A DNA stretch of 32,000 nt, from contig NC_000918.1 in assembly GCF_000008625.1 (NCBI RefSeq), forward strand, positions 1,350,001-1,382,000, in the 5' to 3' direction. This document shows, in pieces, positions 1-8,628 of this stretch (position 1 is the first letter of the stretch; the number at the start of each line of letters is the position of its first letter). Under the pieces are notes generated by a model that worked only from the letters and a program-made list of their open reading frames with translations, made no database searches and was not told the DNA's origin. The translations under genes and the position numbers were made by a program. The DNA comes from Aquifex aeolicus VF5. GTDB taxonomy: Bacteria > Aquificota > Aquificia > Aquificales > Aquificaceae.

Positions 1-1
1 G

Positions 2-40
2 AGAAAGCTACTGAAGGCTTACAAGGAAGGAGAGGTATGA
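2..40 (+). CDS. C-terminal end of an upstream CDS (partial, ...RKLLKAYKEGEV*), identity not determinable
   Basis: Open frame from the window edge ending in TGA at 38-40; overlaps the der start codon as ATGA, a typical translational coupling. Confidence 0.55.
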   Translation, partial: RKLLKAYKEGEV

Positions 41-1338
41 GTAACAGAGTAGTCATTATCGGAAGACCCAATGTGGGAAAGTCCACACTGTTCAACAGGA
101 TTATAGGGAAAAGATACGCCATAGTTGAAGACTATCCCGGCGTTACGAGGGACAAAATAGAAGCAAAGGCAGAGTGGGCGGGCAAAGAGTTCATAATAGT
201 GGACACAGGGGGACTCGTTCCAGAAACGAAGGACGAACTCATCAGAGAAGTTAAAAAAGTTGTGGAACAGGAAATCCCGAAAGCGGACGTAATACTCTTC
301 GTGGTGGATGGAAAGGAAGGGCTAAATCCTCTGGATCAGGAGATAGCAAAGTACCTTTACCCTTACGCGGATAAAGTTCTCCTCGTCGTAAACAAGATAG
401 ACAACCTGAGGCAGGAGAAAAACGTAGCAGAGTTTTACACCCTAGGTTTTGAAAAGATTTTTCCTATATCCGCCCAACACGGAAAAGGGGTTGGAGAGCT
501 TCTGGACGAGGTTGTAAAGTACCTCAAAGAAGAGAAGGTAGAGACTGTAGAAGAGGGTATAAAGGTAGCCTTTATAGGAAGACCGAACGTGGGGAAATCC
601 TCGCTCGTTAATGCAATCCTCAAGGACGAGAGGGTTATAGTTTCGCCCATTGCAGGAACCACTAGGGACGCGATAGAAATACCCTTCAGGTGGAAGGACA
701 AAAACTTCATTTTGATAGACACTGCCGGTGTGAGGAGACCCTCAAACGTTGAATACGGTATAGAGTTTTATTCCGTAGGGAGGAGTTTAAAGGCTATTGA
801 CCTTGCGGATGTATGCTGTTTAGTCATAGACGCCTCGGAAGGTCCTACCCGTCAAGATAAGAGACTCGGAGGACTTATAGAGAGAAGGTATAAGGGTTGT
901 GTCATAGTTGCAAACAAGATGGACATATCTCCATGGAGTGAAGAAGAGCTTGAAGGGATAATCAGAAAGGAACTCTTCTTTTTAGACTTCGCACCAATAG
1001 TGTTTACGGTTGCGACGAAGGGAAAGGGAGTTGAGGAACTCCTGAACTGGATAGACGTAGTTTACAAGGATTACACAAAACAACACAAGACTTCCTTTGT
1101 AAACCGAGCGGTTCACAAAATACTCTCTGAAAAACCGCCTCCTAGGTACAGGGGAAAGGAGGTAAAGGTTTATTACGCCTTTCAGGAAAGCACGAAACCG
1201 CCAACGATTGTTCTCATAACAAACTACCCTGACGCCTGGAAGGAAAACTACAAACGCTTTTTCATAAAGAAACTCAGAGAGTACCTGAACATCAAGTATG
1301 CCCCAATAAAGCTCGTGATAAAGGGAAGGGAAGATTAA
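37..1338 (+). CDS. der: Ribosome-biogenesis GTPase Der (EngA), double Era-like GTPase
   Basis: 433 aa; two G1 motifs (GRPNVGKSTL and GRPNVGKSSL), DTGG/DTAG G3 motifs, NKID and NKMD G4 motifs, and a C-terminal KH-like region. Confidence 0.97.
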   Translation: MSNRVVIIGRPNVGKSTLFNRIIGKRYAIVEDYPGVTRDKIEAKAEWAGKEFIIVDTGGLVPETKDELIREVKKVVEQEIPKADVILFVVDGKEGLNPLDQEIAKYLYPYADKVLLVVNKIDNLRQEKNVAEFYTLGFEKIFPISAQHGKGVGELLDEVVKYLKEEKVETVEEGIKVAFIGRPNVGKSSLVNAILKDERVIVSPIAGTTRDAIEIPFRWKDKNFILIDTAGVRRPSNVEYGIEFYSVGRSLKAIDLADVCCLVIDASEGPTRQDKRLGGLIERRYKGCVIVANKMDISPWSEEELEGIIRKELFFLDFAPIVFTVATKGKGVEELLNWIDVVYKDYTKQHKTSFVNRAVHKILSEKPPPRYRGKEVKVYYAFQESTKPPTIVLITNYPDAWKENYKRFFIKKLREYLNIKYAPIKLVIKGRED

Positions 1339-2058
1339 TTATTGATAACTCCTCACAAGGGAAAGGACTACGAGTTCCCAGCCGTTTGCGAGGACAAAGA
1401 GCATTATCTTAAAGGGGAGGGAGATGAGCTGGGGCGGTATCATGATTATCCCCATGGAAATTAAAATTGAAGCCACCACGAGGTCCACTATGAGGAAGGG
1501 AATGTAAAGGAGGAAGACTATCTCAAAGGCGGTTTTTAGTTCGCTCACCATAAATGCGGGAATTACGACTCTCAAAGGGATTTCGTGAGGTTCTTTTACG
1601 GAGTCCTTCGGGATTTTCGCTATACTCAGGAAAGCCTCTAAGGTTTCCTTTCTCGTGTGCTTGAGCATAAAGTCCTTGGCGTAAAACTCAACTCTTTTAA
1701 AGAACTCCTCATCGCTTATTTCCTCTCTTATGTAAGGCTGGAGAGCCTCTGAATTTATCTTGTCTATCGTAGGCTTCATTATAAAGAAGGTAAGAAAAAG
1801 GGAAAGGGCTATTATCACTTGATTTGGCGGTGCTTGGGGAGTGCCTATTGCCTGTCTCAGAAGTGATAGAACCACCACTAGCCTCGTAAAGGAGGTAAAC
1901 ATTATAAGGATTGAAGGGACGAGACTGAGGATAGTTAAGAATATCAGGAGCCTTATAGAATCTACTAAGTTCCCCTCACCGACTTTTAGTTCAATAGGAG
2001 GAATTTGGGAGAAAACAAACCCTGCACTAAGAATGAGAATCGTTAACGCTTTCCTCAT
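1339..2058 (-). CDS. fliP: Flagellar type III export protein FliP
   Basis: 239 aa; signal peptide, then SLVPSILIMFTSFTRLVVVLSLLRQAIGTPQAPPNQVIIALSLFLTFFIM and the C-terminal IPAFMVSELKTAF...DLVVASILISMGIIMIPP, which are FliP signatures. Confidence 0.97.
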   Translation of the reverse strand: MRKALTILILSAGFVFSQIPPIELKVGEGNLVDSIRLLIFLTILSLVPSILIMFTSFTRLVVVLSLLRQAIGTPQAPPNQVIIALSLFLTFFIMKPTIDKINSEALQPYIREEISDEEFFKRVEFYAKDFMLKHTRKETLEAFLSIAKIPKDSVKEPHEIPLRVVIPAFMVSELKTAFEIVFLLYIPFLIVDLVVASILISMGIIMIPPQLISLPFKIMLFVLANGWELVVLSLVRSYQ

Positions 2059-2293
2059 AGAGCACCTTGGCGTAATTGGGACTTATCAAAAGGTAAAACT
2101 TCTTCTCCTTTATCCTTACACACACGAAGAACATATCTTTCCCGAGGGGAAGAACTTCCTCAAGTTTTAGGTTTTTAGCTTTGAGCCTTTGAAGTCTGCC
2201 CCTCAGGATTACGGGAAGTGCAAAGTAAAGGAGGACGAGAACTACGAGGAGAGAAATGCCAACCTTTAGCAGGTATTCAAGAACTTCGTTCAC
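2027..2293 (-). CDS. fliO: Probable FliO-like flagellar biosynthesis protein
   Basis: 88 aa; one N-terminal TM segment, then a short basic/beta-rich region (LKLEEVLPLGKDMFFVCVRIKEKKFYLLI), directly upstream of and overlapping fliP. Call rests on topology, size and synteny. Confidence 0.55.
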   Translation of the reverse strand: MNEVLEYLLKVGISLLVVLVLLYFALPVILRGRLQRLKAKNLKLEEVLPLGKDMFFVCVRIKEKKFYLLISPNYAKVLYEESVNDSHS

Positions 2294-3285
2294 TTTTCTA
2301 TTATCGTCTCTTCAACTTTCATACCGAAGTGTCTTCCAGCTTCTTCCACGTATCCGAGAACCTCATCTCCTTCTTTTAGCTCGGACACCGATATGGGAGT
2401 CCCGTCGGGCTTTGTGAGTCTTATAGTTTCCGCGTTCTGGAGTATACAACTAAGTTTTTTGTTTTCATACCTCCCTTCTATCAGTAGCATGGGTCTCCTT
2501 TCAACCTTAGCCCTTCCGACGTACGTTACCCTTCCCCTTCCCTTGTAGTCGTAAACCATGACTTTGTCCCCCGCCTTCAGTTCACAAAGGTACTTGGTTC
2601 TGTTGTTCGGAACCCTTATGTACATGTGAACCGCTCCCGCGTTTACCCTGAAGGGTCTCGCGGCAACGTAAGGATTTTCTTCAGTCTCCGCGTGAACGAG
2701 GAACATTCCTCCCGAAGAGTTTCCAACGAGCATTCCCTCGCCCCTGTGAAGGAGCGATATAGTATCCACACAAACCCTGTCCCCGAGTCCGAGGGGAAGT
2801 ATTTTCGTTATTTTTATCGTTACAAGTTCCAGTTTTTCCTCGTGTTCGCTGACGATTTGTCCCACTTTCTTTATTTCGTTTATATCCCTGCTCTTTAAGA
2901 CTACTCCCTTAACACCTTTTTCCAGTGTCTGAAGTGCTACTTCAGCTTCCTGAGCGTTTTTCACAACCGCGTAAAGCTCTTCCCTCTGGGCTATTAAGTT
3001 CTCCAAAGGAATTACGGTCCAGTCCGTGGTCTCCACTATTACCTTCACGTTTGGAGGATATTTTGCAGCCCTTTCCTCGTCTTCCTTTCCCTTTATCAGA
3101 ACGTAAACCACATCTTCCCCGAGTTTCAGATCTCCGTCCGGTGCTATTACGGTTATTCTCCCGACTTTTTTTACCTCCTCAACCCTTCCCTTTTCCGGGA
3201 TAACTACCGCGTTAGCTCCGGCCTCCAAGGCAACGGATACGATTTTTCTGTCAAAAGGCTCAACCCATACCCAAAATTCTTTCAT
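2290..3285 (-). CDS. 3-dehydroquinate synthase II, archaeal type
   Basis: MKEFWVWVEPFDRKIVSVALEAGANAVVIPEKG...RPFRVNAGAVHMYIRVPNNRTKYLCELKAGDKVMVYDYKGRGRVTYVGRAKVERRPMLLIE matches the archaeal-type DHQ synthase family. Start placed at the internal ATG (3283-3285) rather than the track start at 3300. Confidence 0.85.
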   Translation of the reverse strand: MKEFWVWVEPFDRKIVSVALEAGANAVVIPEKGRVEEVKKVGRITVIAPDGDLKLGEDVVYVLIKGKEDEERAAKYPPNVKVIVETTDWTVIPLENLIAQREELYAVVKNAQEAEVALQTLEKGVKGVVLKSRDINEIKKVGQIVSEHEEKLELVTIKITKILPLGLGDRVCVDTISLLHRGEGMLVGNSSGGMFLVHAETEENPYVAARPFRVNAGAVHMYIRVPNNRTKYLCELKAGDKVMVYDYKGRGRVTYVGRAKVERRPMLLIEGRYENKKLSCILQNAETIRLTKPDGTPISVSELKEGDEVLGYVEEAGRHFGMKVEETIIEK

Positions 3286-3309
3286 GCTATTATTATACAA
3301 GGGGGTATT

Positions 3310-4200
3310 GTGAAAAAAGCTTTAGGAATTTTAGCAATCCTCTTAATCCTCGTAGGTGGATACTTTGCGTACGACAAGTACATGGACAACAAGGCGAAGG
3401 AACAGGTTGAGTACTTTTTAGACAAAACCTTAAGAAAATCGGGAAAAGGTTCCTACAAATACGTTGATTACAAGCCAATCGGCGGAGAAATAATAATAAA
3501 AGACGTTTACTACAGAGACAGGAACGGAGAAGAGTTCAAAATAGAGGAGATAATAATAGAAAAATTAAGCGAAACGGAAGGGAAGTTTTTATTCAAGAAC
3601 GTAAAGCCTTTAAAGGTTAAAGGAAAAGGTTTACTGGAAGAGTACGGCTATAAAGATCCGAAATTTAACCTTTTCGTCTCTTACGAAGCTAAACCTAAGG
3701 AAAAGGAATTCCACTTAAGGAGTTTGAGTTTAGATTACCCTGAAGCCTTTGAAGTGAATATTTCCTTTATTCTTGGAAATTACGACCACGCCTTCTGGAA
3801 AACGGTTGCTTTGAGCGATAGACCTCCTGAAGAAGTGAGTTTTCAAGTCCTCTCAGAACTCGGCAGTATCAAGATAAACTCTCTTGAAGTTGTATACAGG
3901 GACAAAGGATTTAAGGAAAGAGTAATAAAGAAGGAAGCCCAAAAAAGGGGAAAAACTCCCGAGGAATTCAAGAAAGAGTTAATCCGAAAGATTGAAGAAG
4001 AGAAATTAAAGGCAAGGTCCGAGTTTGAGAGAAACCTCCTCGACGCCTTTGAGAAATTTTTAGAAAAAGGAAAGGAAATAAAGGTAGTTATAAAACCAAA
4101 TCCTCCTCTGAAGATACAGGATTTATTTGTAGTCGCAGCGGTGCAAAAGGACGAAAGGGAGCTTCTTAAACTCTTAAATCCTGTGATAGAGGTAAAGTAA
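3310..4200 (+). CDS. Hypothetical protein with an N-terminal membrane anchor
   Basis: 296 aa, GTG start with GGGGG just upstream; KKALGILAILLILVGGYFAYDKY forms one TM or signal anchor; the rest is charged and rich in predicted beta strands. Confidence 0.75.
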   Translation: MKKALGILAILLILVGGYFAYDKYMDNKAKEQVEYFLDKTLRKSGKGSYKYVDYKPIGGEIIIKDVYYRDRNGEEFKIEEIIIEKLSETEGKFLFKNVKPLKVKGKGLLEEYGYKDPKFNLFVSYEAKPKEKEFHLRSLSLDYPEAFEVNISFILGNYDHAFWKTVALSDRPPEEVSFQVLSELGSIKINSLEVVYRDKGFKERVIKKEAQKRGKTPEEFKKELIRKIEEEKLKARSEFERNLLDAFEKFLEKGKEIKVVIKPNPPLKIQDLFVVAAVQKDERELLKLLNPVIEVK

Positions 4201-4863
4201 ATTTCTCATGCCCCTGTGAACAAGGAGTGGGTCGTAAATACCGAACTTGGAAAAGTACTTCCCCTCTCCGCCCGTTATAACCACTTTGAACTTTCTTTTA
4301 AATACTTTTCTCCAGAGTTTCAGTGTACTTTTAATAAATTCTGTGCTCTCCCTGTAAGCCCCTCCCAGGACGCACTCTCGTGTAGAACGCCCAAGAAAAA
4401 TTTCTACCTCTTCGGGAAAAAACTCGGGAATTCCCTCCGCCAGGTCGGAAAGAATTTTTAACTTCTTTCCAAGTCCTAAGGTAATAAACCCTCCCTTAAA
4501 TTTGCCCTCAAGAACTAGGTCAATTACAAGGGCAGTACCCGCACTGATTACTACAACATTCTTTCCGTAAAACTTTTTGGCGGAGTAAGCAAGTGCTACC
4601 CTGTCCGTGCCCAGCGTTTCAGGAGTTTTGTAATCAACCTGTATAGGAAAGTTTTCCTTCTTTAAAAACTTTATCTTCGGTATTTTTCCCCTTACTTTTT
4701 CGCTAAAACTCTGTTTTACGGATATTCCGAGCGCTTTTAATTTAGGAAATTCTTCCTTTAAAAATTCTTCGTGTGAAAGTTTCAGAAAATCTTTTACTTT
4801 CTTCCCTTCCCATAGGGCGATATCAACGGAGGAATTCCCTACGTCTACCGTCAAAAACCTCAT
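4174..4863 (-). CDS. coaX: Type III pantothenate kinase
   Basis: 229 aa; MRFLTVDVGNSSVDIALW, then TPETLGTDRVALAYSAKKFYGKNVVVISAGTALVIDLV and VVITGGEG, typical CoaX motifs. Confidence 0.92.
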   Translation of the reverse strand: MRFLTVDVGNSSVDIALWEGKKVKDFLKLSHEEFLKEEFPKLKALGISVKQSFSEKVRGKIPKIKFLKKENFPIQVDYKTPETLGTDRVALAYSAKKFYGKNVVVISAGTALVIDLVLEGKFKGGFITLGLGKKLKILSDLAEGIPEFFPEEVEIFLGRSTRECVLGGAYRESTEFIKSTLKLWRKVFKRKFKVVITGGEGKYFSKFGIYDPLLVHRGMRNLLYLYHRI

Positions 4864-6425
4864 TCTTCTTTCATATAACCTCCACCGCCAGGGGTTTCTA
4901 CCCTGAGCCTGTCTCCTTTTTTCAAGTATACGGAAAACTTGGAGGGCATTTCTTTTTCTCCTTCTTCAGTTTTTATTAGATTTATTCCGGGCATTCCAGG
5001 TTTTCCTCCGAAGAGTCCGTAAGGAGCAAGCCTCCTCCTCTCCGAGAGAACGGTAACTTCAACGTCCGTCAGGAATTCATACTCCCTCACGATGCCGTCT
5101 CCTCCCCTGTGCATTCCTTCACCGCCCGAACCCTTCCTTATGGAGTACTCGGTAACTAGAATAGGGTAGTAGTGTTCAAGGGCTTCTATGGGGGTGTTTA
5201 AAGTGTTCGTCATGTGGGAGTGGACCGCACTCTCGCCGTCTCCTTTAGCACTCGCCCCCATTCCTCCTCCTATTGTCTCGTAGTAGGTAAAAGGTTCTCC
5301 ATTTTCGGGGTTTATTCCCCCTATTGTCACGTGGTTCATAGTCCCCTGACTCGCCGCGGGAACTTTTTCCGGAATCGCCTTAGAAAAAGCTCCGAGAACT
5401 ACGTCCACGATTCTCTGGGAGGTTTCCACGTTTCCGCCCGCAACACCTGCGGGAAATTCCGCATCTACAACACTTCCCTTTCTCGTAATAACTTCAAGGG
5501 GTCTAAAACAACCCTCGTTTACGGGAATATCGCTTCCGAGTAGAGAAATTACCGCGTAGTAAACCGCGGAAAGTGTTATAGCCCTTACCGCGTTTATTCC
5601 TCCCCTCGTCTGGTCATCTGATTTAGAAAAGTCAAATATTAACTTTTCCTTTTCAACCTTAAGTTTTAAGTGAATCTTTACGTCTTTCCTTCCGTAGCCG
5701 TCGTCCTCCATGTAGTCTTCAAACTCGTACTCGCCTTCTGGAAGAGCTTTTATCCTTTCCCTTATTATCCTTTCCGAGTAATTCATAAGTTCCTTTGAAA
5801 AGAATAAAACCTTTTCAATTCCTTCCCTTTCTATGAGTTCCCTTAACCTCTTTATCCCCGTTATGTTAGCCATAATCTGGGCTTTAAAGTCCCCTTCCCT
5901 TTCCTCAGGAGTTCTTACGTTTCTTAAGAAGACCTTCATGAAATCCTCGTTTAGTTCTCCCCTCTTCATCAGTTTTAGAGGCGGAATTATGAAACCTTCC
6001 TGAAATATGCTAGTGGAAAGGGGCATGGAACCGGGGGTTGCTCCTCCAACGTCCGCGTGGTGTGCCCTGTTTGCGAGGAAAAAGAGTAGTTCTCCTTTGT
6101 AGAAGAAGGGAGCGACAAGTGTTATGTCTGGAAGGTGCGTTCCGCCCATGTAGGGGTCGTTCAGTACCACCATGTCCCCCTCTTCAAACTCACCTTTAAA
6201 AGCTTTAATAGCCTCTTTTACGGAAAGGGGCATAGAGCCTAGGTGTACGGGAATGTGTGCCGCCTGAGCGACGAGGTTTCCCTCTTTATCAAAGACTGCA
6301 CAGGAAAAGTCCCTTCTTTCCTTAATATTCGGGGAGAATGCTGTTCTCTGGAGAACAAGTCCCATCTCTTCCGCTATTGACGAAAAGGCGTTCTTGAATA
6401 CTTCAAGGAGTATAGAGCTGTTCAT
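4860..6425 (-). CDS. hyuB: Hydantoinase B / acetone carboxylase alpha-family protein (HyuB)
   Basis: 521 aa; AFSSIAEEMGLVLQRTAFSPNIKERRDFSCAVFD, NDPYMGGTHLPDITLVAPFFY, NRAHHADVGGATPGSMP and RGGDGIVREYEF; start overlaps coaX (ATGA). Confidence 0.93.
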   Translation of the reverse strand: MNSSILLEVFKNAFSSIAEEMGLVLQRTAFSPNIKERRDFSCAVFDKEGNLVAQAAHIPVHLGSMPLSVKEAIKAFKGEFEEGDMVVLNDPYMGGTHLPDITLVAPFFYKGELLFFLANRAHHADVGGATPGSMPLSTSIFQEGFIIPPLKLMKRGELNEDFMKVFLRNVRTPEEREGDFKAQIMANITGIKRLRELIEREGIEKVLFFSKELMNYSERIIRERIKALPEGEYEFEDYMEDDGYGRKDVKIHLKLKVEKEKLIFDFSKSDDQTRGGINAVRAITLSAVYYAVISLLGSDIPVNEGCFRPLEVITRKGSVVDAEFPAGVAGGNVETSQRIVDVVLGAFSKAIPEKVPAASQGTMNHVTIGGINPENGEPFTYYETIGGGMGASAKGDGESAVHSHMTNTLNTPIEALEHYYPILVTEYSIRKGSGGEGMHRGGDGIVREYEFLTDVEVTVLSERRRLAPYGLFGGKPGMPGINLIKTEEGEKEMPSKFSVYLKKGDRLRVETPGGGGYMKEE

Positions 6426-6426
6426 C

Positions 6427-6455
6427 TTGACACTCCCAAAAGCATTTTATACAAT
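6427..6455 (+). promoter_or_regulatory. Sigma70-type promoter for the tRNA cluster
   Basis: TTGACA (6427-6432), 17-bp spacer, TACAAT (6450-6455), about 24 bp upstream of the first tRNA. Confidence 0.7.
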
Positions 6456-6479
6456 AAAATATTGGCACGTGTGAGAAAA

Positions 6480-6552
6480 GCTGGCGTAGCTCAGTCGGCA
6501 GAGCGCGGGATTTGTAATCCCGTGGGCGCGGGTTCGAGTCCCGCCGCCAGCT
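6480..6552 (+). tRNA. tRNA-Thr (anticodon TGT)
   Basis: Cloverleaf: acceptor GCTGGCG/CGCCAGC, TAGCTCAGTCGG D-loop, anticodon loop TTTGTAA, GGTTCGAGTCC T-arm. Confidence 0.97.
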
Positions 6553-6574
6553 TGGAATTGGGGCAGGATGCTTA

Positions 6575-6659
6575 GGAGGGGTGGCCGAGCGGCCAAAGGC
6601 AGGGGACTGTAAATCCCCCGGGCGTCCGCCCTGCGCAGGTTCGAATCCTGCCCCCTCCA
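6575..6659 (+). tRNA. tRNA-Tyr (anticodon GTA)
   Basis: Class II tRNA with long variable arm; acceptor GGAGGGG/CCCCTCC; anticodon loop CTGTAAA; GGTTCGAATCC T-arm. Confidence 0.96.
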
Positions 6660-6668
6660 TATTACTGA

Positions 6669-6744
6669 GCGGGCGTAGCTCAGTTGGTAGAGCAGCGGCC
6701 TTCCAAGCCGCAGGTCGCGGGTTCGAGTCCCGTCGCCCGCTCCA
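6669..6744 (+). tRNA. tRNA-Gly (anticodon TCC)
   Basis: Acceptor GCGGGCG/CGCCCGC, anticodon loop CTTCCAA, encoded CCA. Confidence 0.97.
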
Positions 6745-6773
6745 ATATAAAAATCCCTTCCTTCAATAAATAA

Positions 6774-6849
6774 GCCCAGGTAGCTCAGTCGGTAGAGCGC
6801 ACCCTTGGTAAGGGTGAGGGCGCCGGTTCGAGTCCGGTCCTGGGCTCCA
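6774..6849 (+). tRNA. tRNA-Thr (anticodon GGT)
   Basis: Acceptor GCCCAGG/CCTGGGC, anticodon loop TTGGTAA, encoded CCA. Confidence 0.97.
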
Positions 6850-6870
6850 CTTCCCTGATAAAAATCCCTC

Positions 6871-6900
6871 TTTACAAACGTAAAAGAAATAATTTATAAT
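6871..6900 (+). promoter_or_regulatory. Probable internal promoter for tuf
   Basis: TTTACA (6871-6876), 18-bp spacer, perfect TATAAT (6895-6900), about 31 bp before the tuf ATG. Confidence 0.6.
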
Positions 6901-6931
6901 ATTTTGTTACCTCAAAATTCGGAGGTAGGAA

Positions 6932-8149
6932 ATGGCAAAGGAGAAATTTGAAAGGACAAAAGAACACGTAAACGTGGGAACAATAGGACACGTTGACCAC
7001 GGCAAAAGCACTCTCACTTCCGCTATAACATGCGTTCTCGCTGCAGGCCTCGTTGAAGGCGGTAAAGCTAAGTGCTTCAAATACGAAGAAATCGACAAGG
7101 CTCCAGAAGAAAAAGAAAGAGGAATCACGATAAACATCACCCACGTTGAGTACGAAACCGCCAAACGCCACTACGCTCACGTTGACTGCCCCGGTCACGC
7201 TGACTACATCAAGAATATGATCACCGGCGCAGCTCAAATGGACGGTGCAATACTCGTTGTTTCCGCAGCAGACGGCCCCATGCCCCAAACTAGAGAACAC
7301 GTGCTTCTCGCAAGACAGGTTAACGTTCCTTACATAGTCGTTTTCATGAGCAAGTGTGATATGGTTGACGACGAAGAACTTTTAGAACTCGTTGAGCTCG
7401 AAGTTAGAGAACTTCTCTCCAAGTACGAGTATCCCGGAGACGAAGTTCCCGTTATCAGAGGATCGGCACTTGGAGCACTTCAAGAACTCGAACAAAACTC
7501 TCCCGGCAAGTGGGTTGAGTCCATAAAAGAGCTTCTCAACGCGATGGACGAGTACATACCGACACCACAAAGGGAAGTGGACAAGCCCTTCCTTATGCCA
7601 ATAGAAGACGTGTTTAGCATATCCGGAAGAGGAACGGTTGTAACCGGAAGAGTAGAGAGAGGAGTTCTGAGGCCCGGAGACGAAGTAGAGATAGTAGGAC
7701 TCAGGGAAGAGCCCCTCAAGACAGTTGCAACGTCTATAGAGATGTTCAGGAAGGTGCTTGACGAGGCACTGCCCGGAGACAACATAGGAGTGCTGCTGAG
7801 GGGAGTAGGAAGGGACGACGTAGAAAGGGGACAGGTATTGGCGCAACCTGGGAGTGTAAAGGCTCACAAGAGGTTCAGGGCACAGGTATATGTACTTAGC
7901 AAGGAGGAAGGAGGAAGACACACTCCGTTCTTTGTGAACTACAGACCGCAGTTTTACTTCAGGACGGCTGACGTGACGGGGACTGTGGTGAAGCTTCCAG
8001 AAGGAGTGGAGATGGTGATGCCTGGGGACAACGTAGAGCTTGAGGTGGAGCTTATAGCACCTGTGGCGTTGGAAGAAGGGCTCAGGTTTGCGATAAGGGA
8101 AGGTGGTAGAACAGTAGGTGCAGGTGTCGTTACTAAAATACTGGATTGA
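6932..8149 (+). CDS. tuf: Translation elongation factor Tu
   Basis: 405 aa; [28 protein letters not shown]-terminal domain 3; GGAGGT ribosome-binding site. Confidence 0.99.
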   Translation: MAKEKFERTKEHVNVGTIGHVDHGKSTLTSAITCVLAAGLVEGGKAKCFKYEEIDKAPEEKERGITINITHVEYETAKRHYAHVDCPGHADYIKNMITGAAQMDGAILVVSAADGPMPQTREHVLLARQVNVPYIVVFMSKCDMVDDEELLELVELEVRELLSKYEYPGDEVPVIRGSALGALQELEQNSPGKWVESIKELLNAMDEYIPTPQREVDKPFLMPIEDVFSISGRGTVVTGRVERGVLRPGDEVEIVGLREEPLKTVATSIEMFRKVLDEALPGDNIGVLLRGVGRDDVERGQVLAQPGSVKAHKRFRAQVYVLSKEEGGRHTPFFVNYRPQFYFRTADVTGTVVKLPEGVEMVMPGDNVELEVELIAPVALEEGLRFAIREGGRTVGAGVVTKILD

Positions 8150-8159
8150 GGTTTGAAAA

Positions 8160-8312
8160 ATGGCTAGGGAAATAATTACTCTCGCTTGTACCGAATGCAA
8201 GAGGAGGAACTACACCACTACGAAGAACAAGCAGAAGCACCCCGAGAGACTGGAACTCAGGAAGTACTGCAAGTGGTGCAGGAAGCACACCATACACAGA
8301 GAGGTAAAATAA
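8160..8312 (+). CDS. rpmG: 50S ribosomal protein L33
   Basis: Not in the ORF track. Translates as [50 protein letters not shown] (50 aa), with paired CxxC motifs. Confidence 0.96.
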   Translation: MAREIITLACTECKRRNYTTTKNKQKHPERLELRKYCKWCRKHTIHREVK

Positions 8313-8325
8313 ATTCTTAATTAGT

Positions 8326-8401
8326 GGGGCTGTAGCTCAATTGGCAGAGCGCGGGACTCCAAATCCCGTGGGTGGGGGTTCGAGTCCTCCCAGCCCCGCC
8401 A
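8326..8401 (+). tRNA. tRNA-Trp (anticodon CCA)
   Basis: Acceptor GGGGCTG/CAGCCCC, discriminator G, anticodon loop CTCCAAA, encoded CCA. Confidence 0.97.
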
Positions 8402-8430
8402 CTTAAAACTTTCCAGAGGTATACCTCACA

Positions 8431-8628
8431 ATGGAAAAATTAAAAGAATTCCTCAAAGGCGTAAGAGATGAACTCAAAAGGGTAGTTTGGCCCTCCAGGG
8501 AATTAGTGGTAAAGGCTACGATTAGTGTTATAATATTTTCCCTTGCTATAGGGGTTTATCTCTGGATTTTGGATCTCACTTTTACTAAAATTATATCCTT
8601 CATCCTTTCCTTGAGAGGGAGCCTATGA
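8431..8628 (+). CDS. secE: Preprotein translocase subunit SecE
   Basis: 65 aa single-TM protein; [28 protein letters not shown] motif; located between tRNA-Trp and nusG. Confidence 0.96.

Noticed and set aside
6403-6769. ORFs 6403-6660 (-) and 6581-6769 (+), e.g. MAERPKAGDCKSPGRPPCAGSNPAPS
   Set aside because: These are conceptual translations through the tRNA genes, a common artefact.
6872-8200. Antisense ORFs under tuf (142, 272, 101 aa)
   Set aside because: Shadow ORFs of a highly expressed, codon-biased gene; tuf itself is unambiguous.
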